Origin: a bacterium | GTDB taxonomy: Bacteria; SZUA-182; DTGQ01 | Direction of reading: 5' to 3' | Assembly (NCBI GenBank): GCA_040752695.1 | Contig: JBFMGO010000072.1 | Location: 1 to 31,654, forward strand | DNA length: 31,654 nucleotides | Part shown: in pieces, positions 18,991 to 26,412 of the stretch | Position numbering within the stretch: the stretch's first letter is position 1 | Layout: each line of letters starts with the position of its first letter | Notes under the pieces: generated by a model | Databases searched by the model: none | The model's input: the letters and a program-made list of their open reading frames with translations, nothing else | Told to the model about the DNA's origin: nothing | Made by a program: the position numbers and the translations under genes

Positions 18991-19062
18991 AATCAAGATC
19001 TTAAGTTAATTTTAATGATTTTTGCCCATAATATTAATTATGTATAATAAATCAATAGGTTA
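18991..19062 (+). promoter_or_regulatory. Two exact IHF consensus matches (WATCAANNNNTTR)
   Basis: AATCAAGATCTTA 18991-19003 and AATCAATAGGTTA 19050-19062. Confidence 0.5.
19021..19048 (+). other. dif-like XerC/XerD recombination site
   Basis: TTTGCCCATAA-TATTAA-TTATGTATAAT vs E. coli dif GGTGCGCATAA-TGTATA-TTATGTTAAAT (8/11 and 9/11 arm identity, 6-bp spacer). Confidence 0.5.
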
Positions 19063-19548
19063 TCATGGAATAAAAAACTAACTCCAAACTAATCCCAAGA
19101 TATAAATGGTATAAGTTAATCAAAAAGAGGAAAAAAGGAATTCTTCTTTTTGCTTTATGCGGGCTGTATCCTGATTCAAAACAGCAAGGTCAGCACTCAC
19201 CATTAGTTCGTTTATTATATAAGGCAGCAACCATCCCTCTTTTTTATCCTCTTCTCTTTTTTGGGTCAAAAAGAATTATCCTATGATATACTAAAAGTTG
19301 TCACTTTAAATGAGATGACAACCTGCGGATAGAAGAGGCCTCATTTGGGTATAAATTTAGTATTATAGAGAGACTTCTTCTGGAATCCTTTTCTGGAGCG
19401 CTTTCTCAACCCAGGCAAAATGGTTGCTGGTTTGGAGAGATCATTAAGGAACACAGCTTCCCAGTGAAGGGGCTTTTGAAAACCTCGTTGTAGTGCTACA
19501 AGATATAATAATCTCTTTCGTATACAAGATATAGTCAATGAGGTCCAT

Positions 19549-19815
19549 AAGAAGGGTGTAGGGTTGTTTAAGCTTCAAAAGTTTATGGGACATACTGCCC
19601 CGAAGACCACCCAGCGGTATGCACACCTCAATATGGAGGGATTGCAGAAGGTACTGGATGCAAAGGAGGGAAAAGTTGTAAAATTGGATAAGAAGAGGAA
19701 GGATGGAGAGATAATGACAGAAGAAGAGGATTCCTTGAAATGGAGAGAGAAGCATCCAACAAGAGGAAAACTAACCCCAGGGACTAACCCCAGACTAACC
19801 CCAGAAGCAAAATGA
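19549..19815 (+). pseudogene. C-terminal remnant of a phage-type tyrosine recombinase/integrase
   Basis: KKGVGLFKLQKFMGHTAPKTTQRYAHL matches box II (..Q.LLGH....TT..Y), followed by a GKVVKL tail; the HxxR motif and N-terminal domains are missing. Confidence 0.8.
19770..19804 (+). repeat. ACTAACCCCAG x3 (arm-type-like sites); degenerate pair at 19077-19098
   Basis: Exact copies at 19770, 19783, 19794; actaactccaa and actaatcccaa (9/11 each) at 19077 and 19088. Confidence 0.75.
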
Positions 19816-19824
19816 TTGAAAATT

Positions 19825-20529
19825 ATGTCAATTAAACCGATTGATTGCAAAAAACATCGGATTTTTTCGGAGAATCTTCGGATTCTGTATGAAGATAATC
19901 ATGTGATTGCCGTATATAAACCCGGCGGTGTTTTGGTCCAGGGGGATATTACGGGGGACATCTCCCTGATGGATATTGTTAAGCAGTATATCAAAGATAG
20001 GTACAAAAAACCAGGGAACGTTTTCCTTGGGCTGGTCCATCGCCTTGACCGCCCCGTATCGGGAGTGGTTGTTCTGGCAAAAACCTCTAAAGGCGCATCC
20101 CGGCTTTCGGAGCAGTTTCGCTTCCGGCACATCACCAAAATCTATTTGGCGCAGGTGTATGGACATATGACCCCGAAGGAGGGAACTTTGTCCTCTTACC
20201 TCAGGAGGGAAACAAAAGGGGCCAGACTGGCCGGGGAGAGCGAGCCTGGGGCACAAAGTGCGGTGTTGTCATACAAGGTCCTGAAATCAATGGCAGGAAA
20301 ATCCCTGCTTGAAATTACCCTTCATACCGGCAGAAAGCACCAGATACGCGCCCAGCTTGCCAGCCAGGGGCACCCCATTGTCGGTGATGTCAAGTACGGT
20401 GCTCCATCCGCGCTCAGTGACAACACTATCCGCTTGCTGGCTAAATCCCTCTCCTTCAAACACCCGACGAAAGATGAAATCATCACCGTCGAATCCCCTG
20501 ATCCTGATTGGGACTGTGGAATCTCCTGA
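19825..20529 (+). CDS. RluA/RluD-family RNA pseudouridine synthase (no S4 domain)
   Basis: ILYEDNHVIAVYKPGG, LGLVHRLDRPVSG (catalytic Asp), KIYLAQV, LHTGRKHQIRAQLA..GHPIVGDVKYG, LLAKSLSFKHP; exact start uncertain (19816 TTG or 19825 ATG). Confidence 0.92.
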   Translation: MSIKPIDCKKHRIFSENLRILYEDNHVIAVYKPGGVLVQGDITGDISLMDIVKQYIKDRYKKPGNVFLGLVHRLDRPVSGVVVLAKTSKGASRLSEQFRFRHITKIYLAQVYGHMTPKEGTLSSYLRRETKGARLAGESEPGAQSAVLSYKVLKSMAGKSLLEITLHTGRKHQIRAQLASQGHPIVGDVKYGAPSALSDNTIRLLAKSLSFKHPTKDEIITVESPDPDWDCGIS

Positions 20530-20603
20530 GCCTGATGGAGACTATGCAACCTCTTAAGCTTGATTGAGATTGTCAAATCCTCTGAGCCTGATGAAGACTT
20601 ATG
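20492..20603 (+). repeat. 28-bp degenerate tandem repeat x4 spanning the pseudouridine synthase stop codon
   Basis: Units at 20492, 20520, 20548, 20576 (aatcccctgatcctgattgggactgtgg / aatctcctgagcctgatggagactatgc / ...). Confidence 0.8.
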
Positions 20604-20662
20604 GTATGGGGAACAAGCAGGGGGAGGAGATAGGGGGATTATCAGGTTTCCCCGACATCCCT

Positions 20663-22660
20663 TCACTTTTTTTTACCTTTTCGTCGAAAAAAGGGAGCAT
20701 GGCCGGCCCGGAAGAAAGGAGGATCATTCTTCAGAATCAGAGCCACCAGAGGATGGGTGGAAAAGACCTTTTCCAGAAAGCGCCGGGCCTTTGGCCGGAT
20801 GTTCTCTCCATTCGATGTAAACCCTTTGTACAGGCTGAATGAGCAAGCCTCATTTTCCTGATGACGCGCATGCGCATCCTGCTGACTATCAGGATCTTGG
20901 ATGTTACCTGTATTATCTCTATGAGCCGTAGCGTCTTTATTATCTCCCTTCCCGCTCCCATCAATCCCGCCAACATCATCAACATCATCAACATCACCAA
21001 CATCACCAACATCACCAACACCGTCAACACCACCAGCCTCATTCGCTTCATTCTCACTTGGCGCATCCGGTGTACTCACTCCAGCCAGATCATAGGTCCG
21101 GTCTATGAAAAACCGGTCCGGCTCTTGTTCCATAGGGCTGCCAATCGGCAGATTCATAAGTGCAGGATTAATGAAATGGACGACCGCCTGATTTTCGGCA
21201 ATAAATTGCATCGTCTTCTGCCGGTCTTCTTCGGTTTCCGAGGGCAGACCGAAGAGCAGGTAAACATAATTCAGGATTCCTTCCCGTGCTGACAGTTCCA
21301 GGATTCTCCTGGCCCTGGTCAGATCGATGCCTTTTCGGCTCAAGGAGAGCAGCCGCTTTGAGGCGCTTTCCAGACCAAATTGCAGCATTCTGCACCCTGA
21401 CGCGGCCAGCTTCTTCATGAACGCGCTGTCATCGAAGCGGGACTCGAAGCGGACGAAGGAATAATACGATGCATGGCTGTATTCGGCAAAAAGATCTGCG
21501 ATGATTTCCATGTTGGCCGGGGGCATGGAAGGATCAGTGAAGTGAAAAAGCGCTTTGGGGTAAGCTGTGAGGGTTTTTCGCAAGTTGCGGGCCAGTCCTT
21601 TGCTTCCGCAAACATAACTGCCCTTCCCTGCATCGGGACAAAAGGCGCATTTATTCCAATAGCAGCCGAGGCTGGTAGCATAGGGCAGGACAGGTACCGG
21701 AGAAAAATAGCCGGACAGATCAAAGTCACTATAGTCAGGGGCTGGTACATCGGTCAGTTCGTCTCCGGTATCAATGCAGGGTCCGTCGCTGCCACAGGAG
21801 GCTTCTTCCTTTGCAGCCGCTGCCAAGGCTGATAAAGGTGCGGCCCTGCCCAGAATGATCCGGTCAAAAAGCGGGTGGAGCACAGACAAACTCTGGGGTC
21901 GGTCCCTGTAGCAGTTGAGCAATCCGCCGCCAATAACCATTCTCAGCCTGGGAAAGCGCTCTTTCAGCCTGGCCGAGATGTAAAAGGTAGGAAAGACCTG
22001 GGAAAGGTATGTCAAAGAGAAGGCCATAAGGTCAGGCTTATGCTGCTCGACTCTCGGAAAGAGGCGATCGAAACACCACTCATCGAAAGGGGAGCAGGGG
22101 CCCTGCTGACAGCCGGAACAAAATCCCTGCCGGACGGAAGATGCAAAGGCCGATGCGGCCAGGCCCTGCCGGGCTTTGATCAGATTGTTGGCCAGATCCA
22201 CCGGAGCATAGGGGAGCAGTTGAAAATTATTCAGGGACACAAGGATGTCAGGGTAGGGAGCAAACACCAGCTTAAGGGCGTCATTGAGATAGTGAACAAA
22301 AGTGCGGTAGCGGGTAAATGAGCGATACCCTTCTTCCATCTTCAAAGCGGCCCTGGCCCTGTCTACATGGAGGTAAGCCCTCTTGGCCCTCGTCCACCGG
22401 GAAGCGGGCGGCTCCATTTTGCTGAGGGCGGCCAGCCGTGCCAGGACATACTTGCCGGTTAAGACGTAATCCAGGAAATCAACGTTTCCATCAAAGGCGA
22501 AAACCGAGCACTCCTGCTGCTGCTCCTGCTTCGCATCATGCTGCCGCTCCGCCCGCTGCTGCTCTTGCTGCTCCTCCTGCCAGAGCGACTTGAGGAGAGC
22601 AAGCTGGCCGGGCGGTTCCGAAGGGCTGAAGAAAGGCAATGTAAGGAGAAAAATTCGCAT
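20663..22660 (-). CDS. Radical SAM protein with an N-terminal cobalamin-binding-like region (class B methyltransferase-like)
   Basis: CYWNKCAFC (CxxxCxxC) after LPYATSLG; N-terminal PPGQLALLKS; PDLMAFSLTY..Q..MVIGGG; GCRMLQFGLESAS, YLLFGLPSET. Confidence 0.85.
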   Translation of the reverse strand: MRIFLLTLPFFSPSEPPGQLALLKSLWQEEQQEQQRAERQHDAKQEQQQECSVFAFDGNVDFLDYVLTGKYVLARLAALSKMEPPASRWTRAKRAYLHVDRARAALKMEEGYRSFTRYRTFVHYLNDALKLVFAPYPDILVSLNNFQLLPYAPVDLANNLIKARQGLAASAFASSVRQGFCSGCQQGPCSPFDEWCFDRLFPRVEQHKPDLMAFSLTYLSQVFPTFYISARLKERFPRLRMVIGGGLLNCYRDRPQSLSVLHPLFDRIILGRAAPLSALAAAAKEEASCGSDGPCIDTGDELTDVPAPDYSDFDLSGYFSPVPVLPYATSLGCYWNKCAFCPDAGKGSYVCGSKGLARNLRKTLTAYPKALFHFTDPSMPPANMEIIADLFAEYSHASYYSFVRFESRFDDSAFMKKLAASGCRMLQFGLESASKRLLSLSRKGIDLTRARRILELSAREGILNYVYLLFGLPSETEEDRQKTMQFIAENQAVVHFINPALMNLPIGSPMEQEPDRFFIDRTYDLAGVSTPDAPSENEANEAGGVDGVGDVGDVGDVDDVDDVGGIDGSGKGDNKDATAHRDNTGNIQDPDSQQDAHARHQENEACSFSLYKGFTSNGENIRPKARRFLEKVFSTHPLVALILKNDPPFFRAGHAPFFRRKGKKK

Positions 22661-22807
22661 GGATCGATTCTATGAAAACTCCTGGTAATTGTCAATATAG
22701 GTATTACCATTATACAATACTCATATAGTACCATATACAATACTTATAATGCCATATCAGAATGATACCAACATAACACCAATAGTCAAGATGAGGAGCA
22801 TACACGG

Positions 22808-23374
22808 ATGATGAAAGATGCTGCTTATTGGATAACGAAATTGAATCTTGAAAGGCACCCGGAAGGAGGATATTTCCGGCAGACATACAGATCAAGAGAG
22901 ACAATAGCGCAAAGTGCTTTGCCCTGCCGGTTTACCGCAGATCGGCCGATTTCAACCGCAATTTATTACCTGCTTGGTGCGGATGATTTTTCGGCCTTCC
23001 ACAGTATTAAATCAGATGAATTGTGGCATTTTTACTGTGGAGACGCACTGACTATATACACTATAGACCAGAACGGGAAATGTTCGCATATAAGGCTCGG
23101 TAGCGACTTAGAATGCGGGGAGGTATTCCAGTCGGTGGTGGAAGCCGAGTGCTGGTTCGGTGCCGCCATAGAGAGCGGTGTCGCAGCAGGGAGCATCAGC
23201 CACCCTTCCAGACGTTCCCGTGATGTCAGTTCCCATGCAGGTTTTGGCTATTCACTGGTGGGCTGTACCGTTGCCCCTGGCTTTGACTTCTGCGACTTTC
23301 GGCTGGCAGATAGAAGAGAATTATTAGAGCGATACCCGGAGCATAGGCTAATCATTGAAAAACTCACCCGATAA
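22808..23374 (+). CDS. Cupin superfamily protein (DUF985/Cupin_5)
   Basis: LNLERHPEGGYFRQTY, STAIYYLL, FSAFHSIKSDELWHFYCG, YSLVGCTVAPGFDF; GAGGAG SD at 22793-22798. Confidence 0.92.
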   Translation: MMKDAAYWITKLNLERHPEGGYFRQTYRSRETIAQSALPCRFTADRPISTAIYYLLGADDFSAFHSIKSDELWHFYCGDALTIYTIDQNGKCSHIRLGSDLECGEVFQSVVEAECWFGAAIESGVAAGSISHPSRRSRDVSSHAGFGYSLVGCTVAPGFDFCDFRLADRRELLERYPEHRLIIEKLTR

Positions 23375-23463
23375 TGTGAAGACAAGGCAATGTGAAGACC
23401 TGGCAATGTGAAGACAAGACATGAATAGATAAGGCATGAGACATGAATAGAAAAAGCATGAGA
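23373..23463 (+). repeat. 16-bp x3 and 22-bp x2 tandem repeats starting at the cupin stop codon
   Basis: aatgtgaagac at 23373, 23389, 23405; agacatgaataga at 23417, 23439. Confidence 0.85.
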
Positions 23464-23536
23464 AAGGGAGCACTTACCAAGCCGCTGTCTTGTTTTTTGT
23501 TTCACTTTACACCTGAAACCAAGATGAGATACAATA

Positions 23537-23612
23537 TAGGTGTAGCAGCCGTAATAAGCATATGGCAGGTGTAATAGGTGTAGCAGGTATAACAGGTATG
23601 GCAGGCATAAAT
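23537..23612 (+). repeat. Degenerate 9-bp tandem repeat in the leader of the Rpn-like gene
   Basis: caggtgtaa taggtgtag caggtataa caggtatgg caggcataa. Confidence 0.6.
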
Positions 23613-23705
23613 AAGGGTAGCCGGGACAAATAAGGGTGACAGGCAGAAGAGGTATTATTTACCTAGCTTTTTGCAGGTCTCCGATAAGAAAGGATAAGGG
23701 AATTG

Positions 23706-24641
23706 ATGCAAAAAAAGATTAACACCTATGACCGGAGTCTCAAAGTCCTGGCCAGTCTTTATCCCCGGATATTTCTAGACCTGCTGATTTCGCCTTCTGC
23801 AGAGAGGAAAGTCCTGGTTGAAAATCCTGAGATCAACCTGCCTGAGAAGCGGAGTGACTATGCGTGGAAAGTAATCGAGGGTGAGCAGGAAGGGTACTTT
23901 CTGTTTGAGTTTCAACTGAAGGCCAGCCAGGACGCCTTAAAGAGAGCTTTTGTCAAGTGTGCCCTTTTACATGAGGCCAAAGGGTTGCCGGTCATCGGAG
24001 TAATTCTCTATCTCACGAAAGGTTCATACAGGGAAGGATATGAGGTAGAGGTGTGCGGTATCAAAAACCAGTATCTTTTTCAGAACATTCGGCTATGGGA
24101 ATATAAAGAGGAGATAGAAGCAGGGAAAAGGAAAGAACTGGCTCCCTTTTTGATCCTTTTTGCCGATCATCCTGATGAGAAAACGTTAAGAAAAGAAAAA
24201 GAGCTGATCATGCAGGTTGAGAATGAGAAGGAGCGAGCCGATCTGTTATCCATTGCCATGACGCTGGCTGTTCATATTTTCAAGGAAAGCTGGGTCAGGG
24301 AACATTTCAGGGAGGAAATGCAGATGATTAAAACAGCCAGCTTTATCCAGGAGTGGATTGATGAGGGAATCCAGCAGGGAATCCAGCAGGGAATCCAGCA
24401 GGGGATTCAACAGGGGATTCAACAGGGGATTCAGCAGGGAATTCAGCAGGGCGCAAGAGATGCCATGCAGCAGTCGGTTTCAGAGATTCTCGAAGAGCGG
24501 TTTGATTCGGTTCCTGCTGAGGTTATTCACTCGGTAAAAAAGGTAGATGAGGTAGTGATTTTGCATAAGCTGCTGAAGAAAGCGGCAAAAGTGAAGTCAT
24601 TGGATGACTTCATGCAGATTTTGAGTCTGTTGATTTCGTAA
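23706..24641 (+). CDS. Rpn-family (PD-(D/E)XK, putative transposase-like) nuclease with (GIQQ)7 repeat and DUF4351-like C-terminus
   Basis: YDRSLKVL, KRSD, LFEFQ, GVILYL, IRLWE, LAPFLIL; IQEWIDEG(IQQG)n; ILEERFDSVP...LHKLLKKAAKVKSLDDF. Confidence 0.8.
   Translation: MQKKINTYDRSLKVLASLYPRIFLDLLISPSAERKVLVENPEINLPEKRSDYAWKVIEGEQEGYFLFEFQLKASQDALKRAFVKCALLHEAKGLPVIGVILYLTKGSYREGYEVEVCGIKNQYLFQNIRLWEYKEEIEAGKRKELAPFLILFADHPDEKTLRKEKELIMQVENEKERADLLSIAMTLAVHIFKESWVREHFREEMQMIKTASFIQEWIDEGIQQGIQQGIQQGIQQGIQQGIQQGIQQGARDAMQQSVSEILEERFDSVPAEVIHSVKKVDEVVILHKLLKKAAKVKSLDDFMQILSLLIS
24324..24641 (+). CDS. Putative internally translated small C-terminal product (RpnS-like antitoxin), 105 aa
   Basis: In-frame ATG 24324 lies 8 nt after GGAGG (24311-24315), just before the GIQQ repeats. 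Confidence 0.55.
   Translation: MIKTASFIQEWIDEGIQQGIQQGIQQGIQQGIQQGIQQGIQQGARDAMQQSVSEILEERFDSVPAEVIHSVKKVDEVVILHKLLKKAAKVKSLDDFMQILSLLIS
24366..24449 (+). repeat. 12-bp in-frame repeat x7 (GIQQ)
   Basis: ggaatccagcag x3, gggattcaacag x2, gggattcagcag, ggaattcagcag. Confidence 0.95.
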
Positions 24642-24711
24642 GGTTATGGTTTTAAGTTTGCTGATTCCGTAAGATTATTGTTTTAAGTCTGCTGGTCTTA
24701 TAAGATTATCG
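24619..24711 (+). repeat. 31-bp tandem repeat x3 triplicating the Rpn 3' end and stop codon
   Basis: ttttgagtctgttgatttcgtaaggttatgg / ttttaagtttgctgattccgtaagattattg / ttttaagtctgctggtcttataagattatcg. Confidence 0.85.
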
Positions 24712-24761
24712 TATCGTTATGAATTTCCACAAAGGGTAATAGGTAGTGCTTTACCTTTATT

Positions 24762-24864
24762 TCGGATGTCTTCCTTCATATCGGATGTCTTCCTTCATAT
24801 CAGATGCCTTACTTTCATAATTAAATGCCTTACCTCTTCATACTCGGTGTTTTACTCTCATCAT
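24762..24864. repeat. ~19-23-bp tandem repeat x5 with polar degeneration
   Basis: tcggatgtcttccttcata x2 exact, then three increasingly diverged units. Confidence 0.8.
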
Positions 24865-24897
24865 AACTCCAACTTTACTCCTTTTCCCAAGGATCAA

Positions 24898-26316
24898 TCA
24901 TAAAGAGGCGGTAGGTGGCGGGAGAGTATCTTTCTCAAGTTCCCCATCATAGCGAACAACGCCGACAACGTAGTCCAGGTCATTGACGGCCAACTTGGCA
25001 TTGCTGGCTACAAGCCGTATATCCATCATCTTCTCATCGCAGTAAAAGACGCTGAGTTTCAACCGGGCACCGTGCTGGGTGACGAGCCGGTCGTCATAGG
25101 GGTCAAGGGCAGTGAAGCTGATTCTGGGAGAATCAACGGTTTCCTGAATAATAAAGGGGGTGCTGCTTTTCACAAGGCCCCGGATCAGTCTGCGGGTTTC
25201 CTTTTTGCTCATTTCGGAGAGCACCTTCAGGGATTGGGCTCCAGAGGAAGTAGTCGAAGTACCGCTTTCCTTGATTACAAATTGCCGCTCCTCAGGTTGA
25301 AGATCCCCCAGGGTGAGGATCGGCACTCTTTCACCCCCCTTAAGCTGAACTTCCTGTCCAGCGTGAACCAGCCAGGTTCTGGGGATTAGTTCCTGCAGCA
25401 CCAGATCGTACTCCTCTCCCAGTCCGCTACGCCAGGCGTTGCGCATCCCCGGCTCCCAGAAGAGGGCCATCCAGTCTTTTTCATCCAGGAACTGCTTGCA
25501 GGTGTTTAAATCTACAACCGCTCCTGCAAGGTAAGCGTCGAGAATGGCGGCCATGCCGAGGTGCTGCATCTCTGCGATTTCGTATATATCGAGAAACCGG
25601 TCCATGATATGGATGGGAATCGGGCCTTCGGTCCTGCGGTGGAGGAGCAGTTGTCTGCCGTCAAACTGGAGGTAGGGCAGGGTATGACCGGTCAGGACAA
25701 CGACATCCAGACCTTCCCTGCGAAGCATGGAGCCAAATGCATTGGCATCGTCGGGCAGGTCCAGGAAGAAGGGGTGAGGTGCAGTGACCAGGGCCAGGGT
25801 CTTGCCCGGCCAGTGCTTTTTAACGAAGTCTGCATAGGACCGAATAATTCCACGGCTGTGATTGAGACCGTACTCTTCGGCCATGATGGCTGTGTCAGCC
25901 CGTGAGCCGACTGTAATTTCAAGCTCCACGAATTTTGGGTGCCATGTGTGGTCAAGAATCACATCAGGCCGGGGCATCCTTGGGATCGCCTCCCTTTGCG
26001 CCTGATTGAGCAGCCGGTAATTGGGAGAGAGAGTTTTTTCAAGGCGTTTTTGAATCCAGGATTCCTGATAGTACAGCTCGTTTGCCACCTGGAAGAAGCG
26101 GTTTAGAGCCTCTCCGCCCCTGCGGAGCCGTTCGATCGTTTCATCCGGCAGCTCAAAAGCGTCTTCGGCAATCCACCAGCTCAGGAGTTCTCCTGGATTA
26201 TCGCGGTTCAGCTTCTCGTCAAGCCTCTTTTTAATTTCAAGCAACCTGCTGCGCTGCGATGATGGTTTAAGCGAGACAATGGTTTCAATTTTTTCCTGTC
26301 CAAGAGTAATTCTCAT
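24898..26316 (-). CDS. Uncharacterised ATP-grasp-like amide/peptide ligase (circularly permuted, glutathionylspermidine-synthetase-like)
   Basis: RPDVILD...KFVELEI (RxD...ExN-like, here ExE), FLDEKDWMAL, LIPRTW, FVIKESG..SSGAQSL, PFIIQETV, RLKLSVFY; GAGGAAAGG upstream. Confidence 0.65.
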   Translation of the reverse strand: MRITLGQEKIETIVSLKPSSQRSRLLEIKKRLDEKLNRDNPGELLSWWIAEDAFELPDETIERLRRGGEALNRFFQVANELYYQESWIQKRLEKTLSPNYRLLNQAQREAIPRMPRPDVILDHTWHPKFVELEITVGSRADTAIMAEEYGLNHSRGIIRSYADFVKKHWPGKTLALVTAPHPFFLDLPDDANAFGSMLRREGLDVVVLTGHTLPYLQFDGRQLLLHRRTEGPIPIHIMDRFLDIYEIAEMQHLGMAAILDAYLAGAVVDLNTCKQFLDEKDWMALFWEPGMRNAWRSGLGEEYDLVLQELIPRTWLVHAGQEVQLKGGERVPILTLGDLQPEERQFVIKESGTSTTSSGAQSLKVLSEMSKKETRRLIRGLVKSSTPFIIQETVDSPRISFTALDPYDDRLVTQHGARLKLSVFYCDEKMMDIRLVASNAKLAVNDLDYVVGVVRYDGELEKDTLPPPTASL

Positions 26317-26412
26317 ATCCTTTCCTCATAATATCCAATTCTTTTCTTCTATCTCTTCTATCTCTTCTATTTAATTCTATTTATTCTATTCTCTCCTGCT
26401 ACTGACTGCTTC

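Larger units (their letters stand above)
18932..19886. mobile_element. Decayed tyrosine-integrase element inserted at the 5' end of the pseudouridine synthase gene (attL/attR-like ends)
   Basis: Direct repeats tcggattYtttcggagaatc (18934-18953 and 19857-19876) and cttcggattct (18932-18942 and 19876-19886); internal integrase relic, ACTAACCCCAG-family repeats near both ends, IHF consensus sites; AT-rich. Confidence 0.65.

Noticed and set aside
19341..19538. 65-aa minus-strand ORF inside the relic element
   Set aside because: No recognisable motif or SD; may be cargo debris but cannot be supported
23373..24864. Intergenic direct-repeat arrays as possible CRISPR arrays
   Set aside because: Units are contiguous with no unique spacers, are degenerate and mostly too short; no cas genes in the window
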